Shown here piece by piece: positions 24,069 to 24,217 of a DNA stretch of 24,217 nucleotides. The notes under the pieces are model-generated. The model was not told the DNA's origin. It worked only from the letters and a program-made list of their open reading frames with translations, and ran no database searches. The translations under genes and the position numbers were made by a program. Numbering within the stretch: the first letter of the stretch is position 1; the number at the start of each line of letters is the position of its first letter. Source of the DNA: a virus (taxonomy: Duplodnaviria; Caudoviricetes); IMG/VR virus record IMGVR_UViG_3300032227_000608, positions 1 to 24,217 of that record, one strand, 5' to 3'.

Positions 24069-24217
24069 GTGAGCAGCTGGTTTCCATTTTTTGGCCGCGA
24101 CTTTCTGACCGCCACCAGCGGGTGGACGGCCGAAGAGCGTGGCCACTACTTGACGCTGCTGATTGTGCAGTGGGAGCAGGGCGGCCTGCCCGACGACACG
24201 ACGCGGCTCGAGCTGAT
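24069..24217 (+). CDS. DUF1376/YdaU-like putative replication protein, 5' part (truncated by the window)
   Basis: MSSWFPFFGRDFLTATSGWTAEERGHYLTLLIVQWEQGGLPDD matches the 'DFL.DT..L...E.GAY..LL...W' pattern. Confidence 0.8.
   Translation, partial: MSSWFPFFGRDFLTATSGWTAEERGHYLTLLIVQWEQGGLPDDTTRLEL

Larger units (their letters stand above)
1..24217. mobile_element. Segment of a temperate HK97/lambda-like siphovirus genome (phage or prophage)
   Basis: Canonical terminase-portal-protease-capsid-connector-tail gene order, followed by an integrase and early genes. No host housekeeping genes or att boundary are visible. Confidence 0.97.

Noticed and set aside
1-24217. tRNA, rRNA, CRISPR array, IS element, DGR/reverse transcriptase, intron or intein
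   Set aside because: No cloverleaf, repeat-spacer array, transposase, RT motif or interrupted core gene was seen by eye.

Overview
The window is a GC-rich, gene-dense segment of a temperate HK97/lambda-like siphovirus (phage or prophage). Bases 57-16288 (+) hold a virion operon: TerS, TerL, portal, an extended prohead protease, an Ogr-like zinc finger, HK97 capsid, a glycosyltransferase, head-tail joining genes, tail tube, frameshifted G/GT chaperones, a short tape measure, and small, partly Cys-rich tail-tip genes. Bases 16324-18603 (+) are an accessory block (HExxH protein, metallophosphoesterase, DUF1599-like). A membrane protein and a tyrosine integrase follow on the minus strand (18671-19964). 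From 20206 (+) comes an early region (Xis-like HTH, RecT-like, HTH proteins, GIY-YIG, partial DUF1376). The most unusual signals are non-coding: (i) a C17 tract forming most of a promoter spacer upstream of the recT-like gene; (ii) a GGA-dense, CsrA-site-like leader on that transcript; (iii) a ~155-nt five-hairpin, pseudoknot-capable RNA element before a small HTH gene; (iv) three 16-bp operator-like palindromes around a probably leaderless HTH gene. The protease also appears to carry N- and C-terminal passenger domains. All family calls come from motif recognition by eye; no database searches were run.
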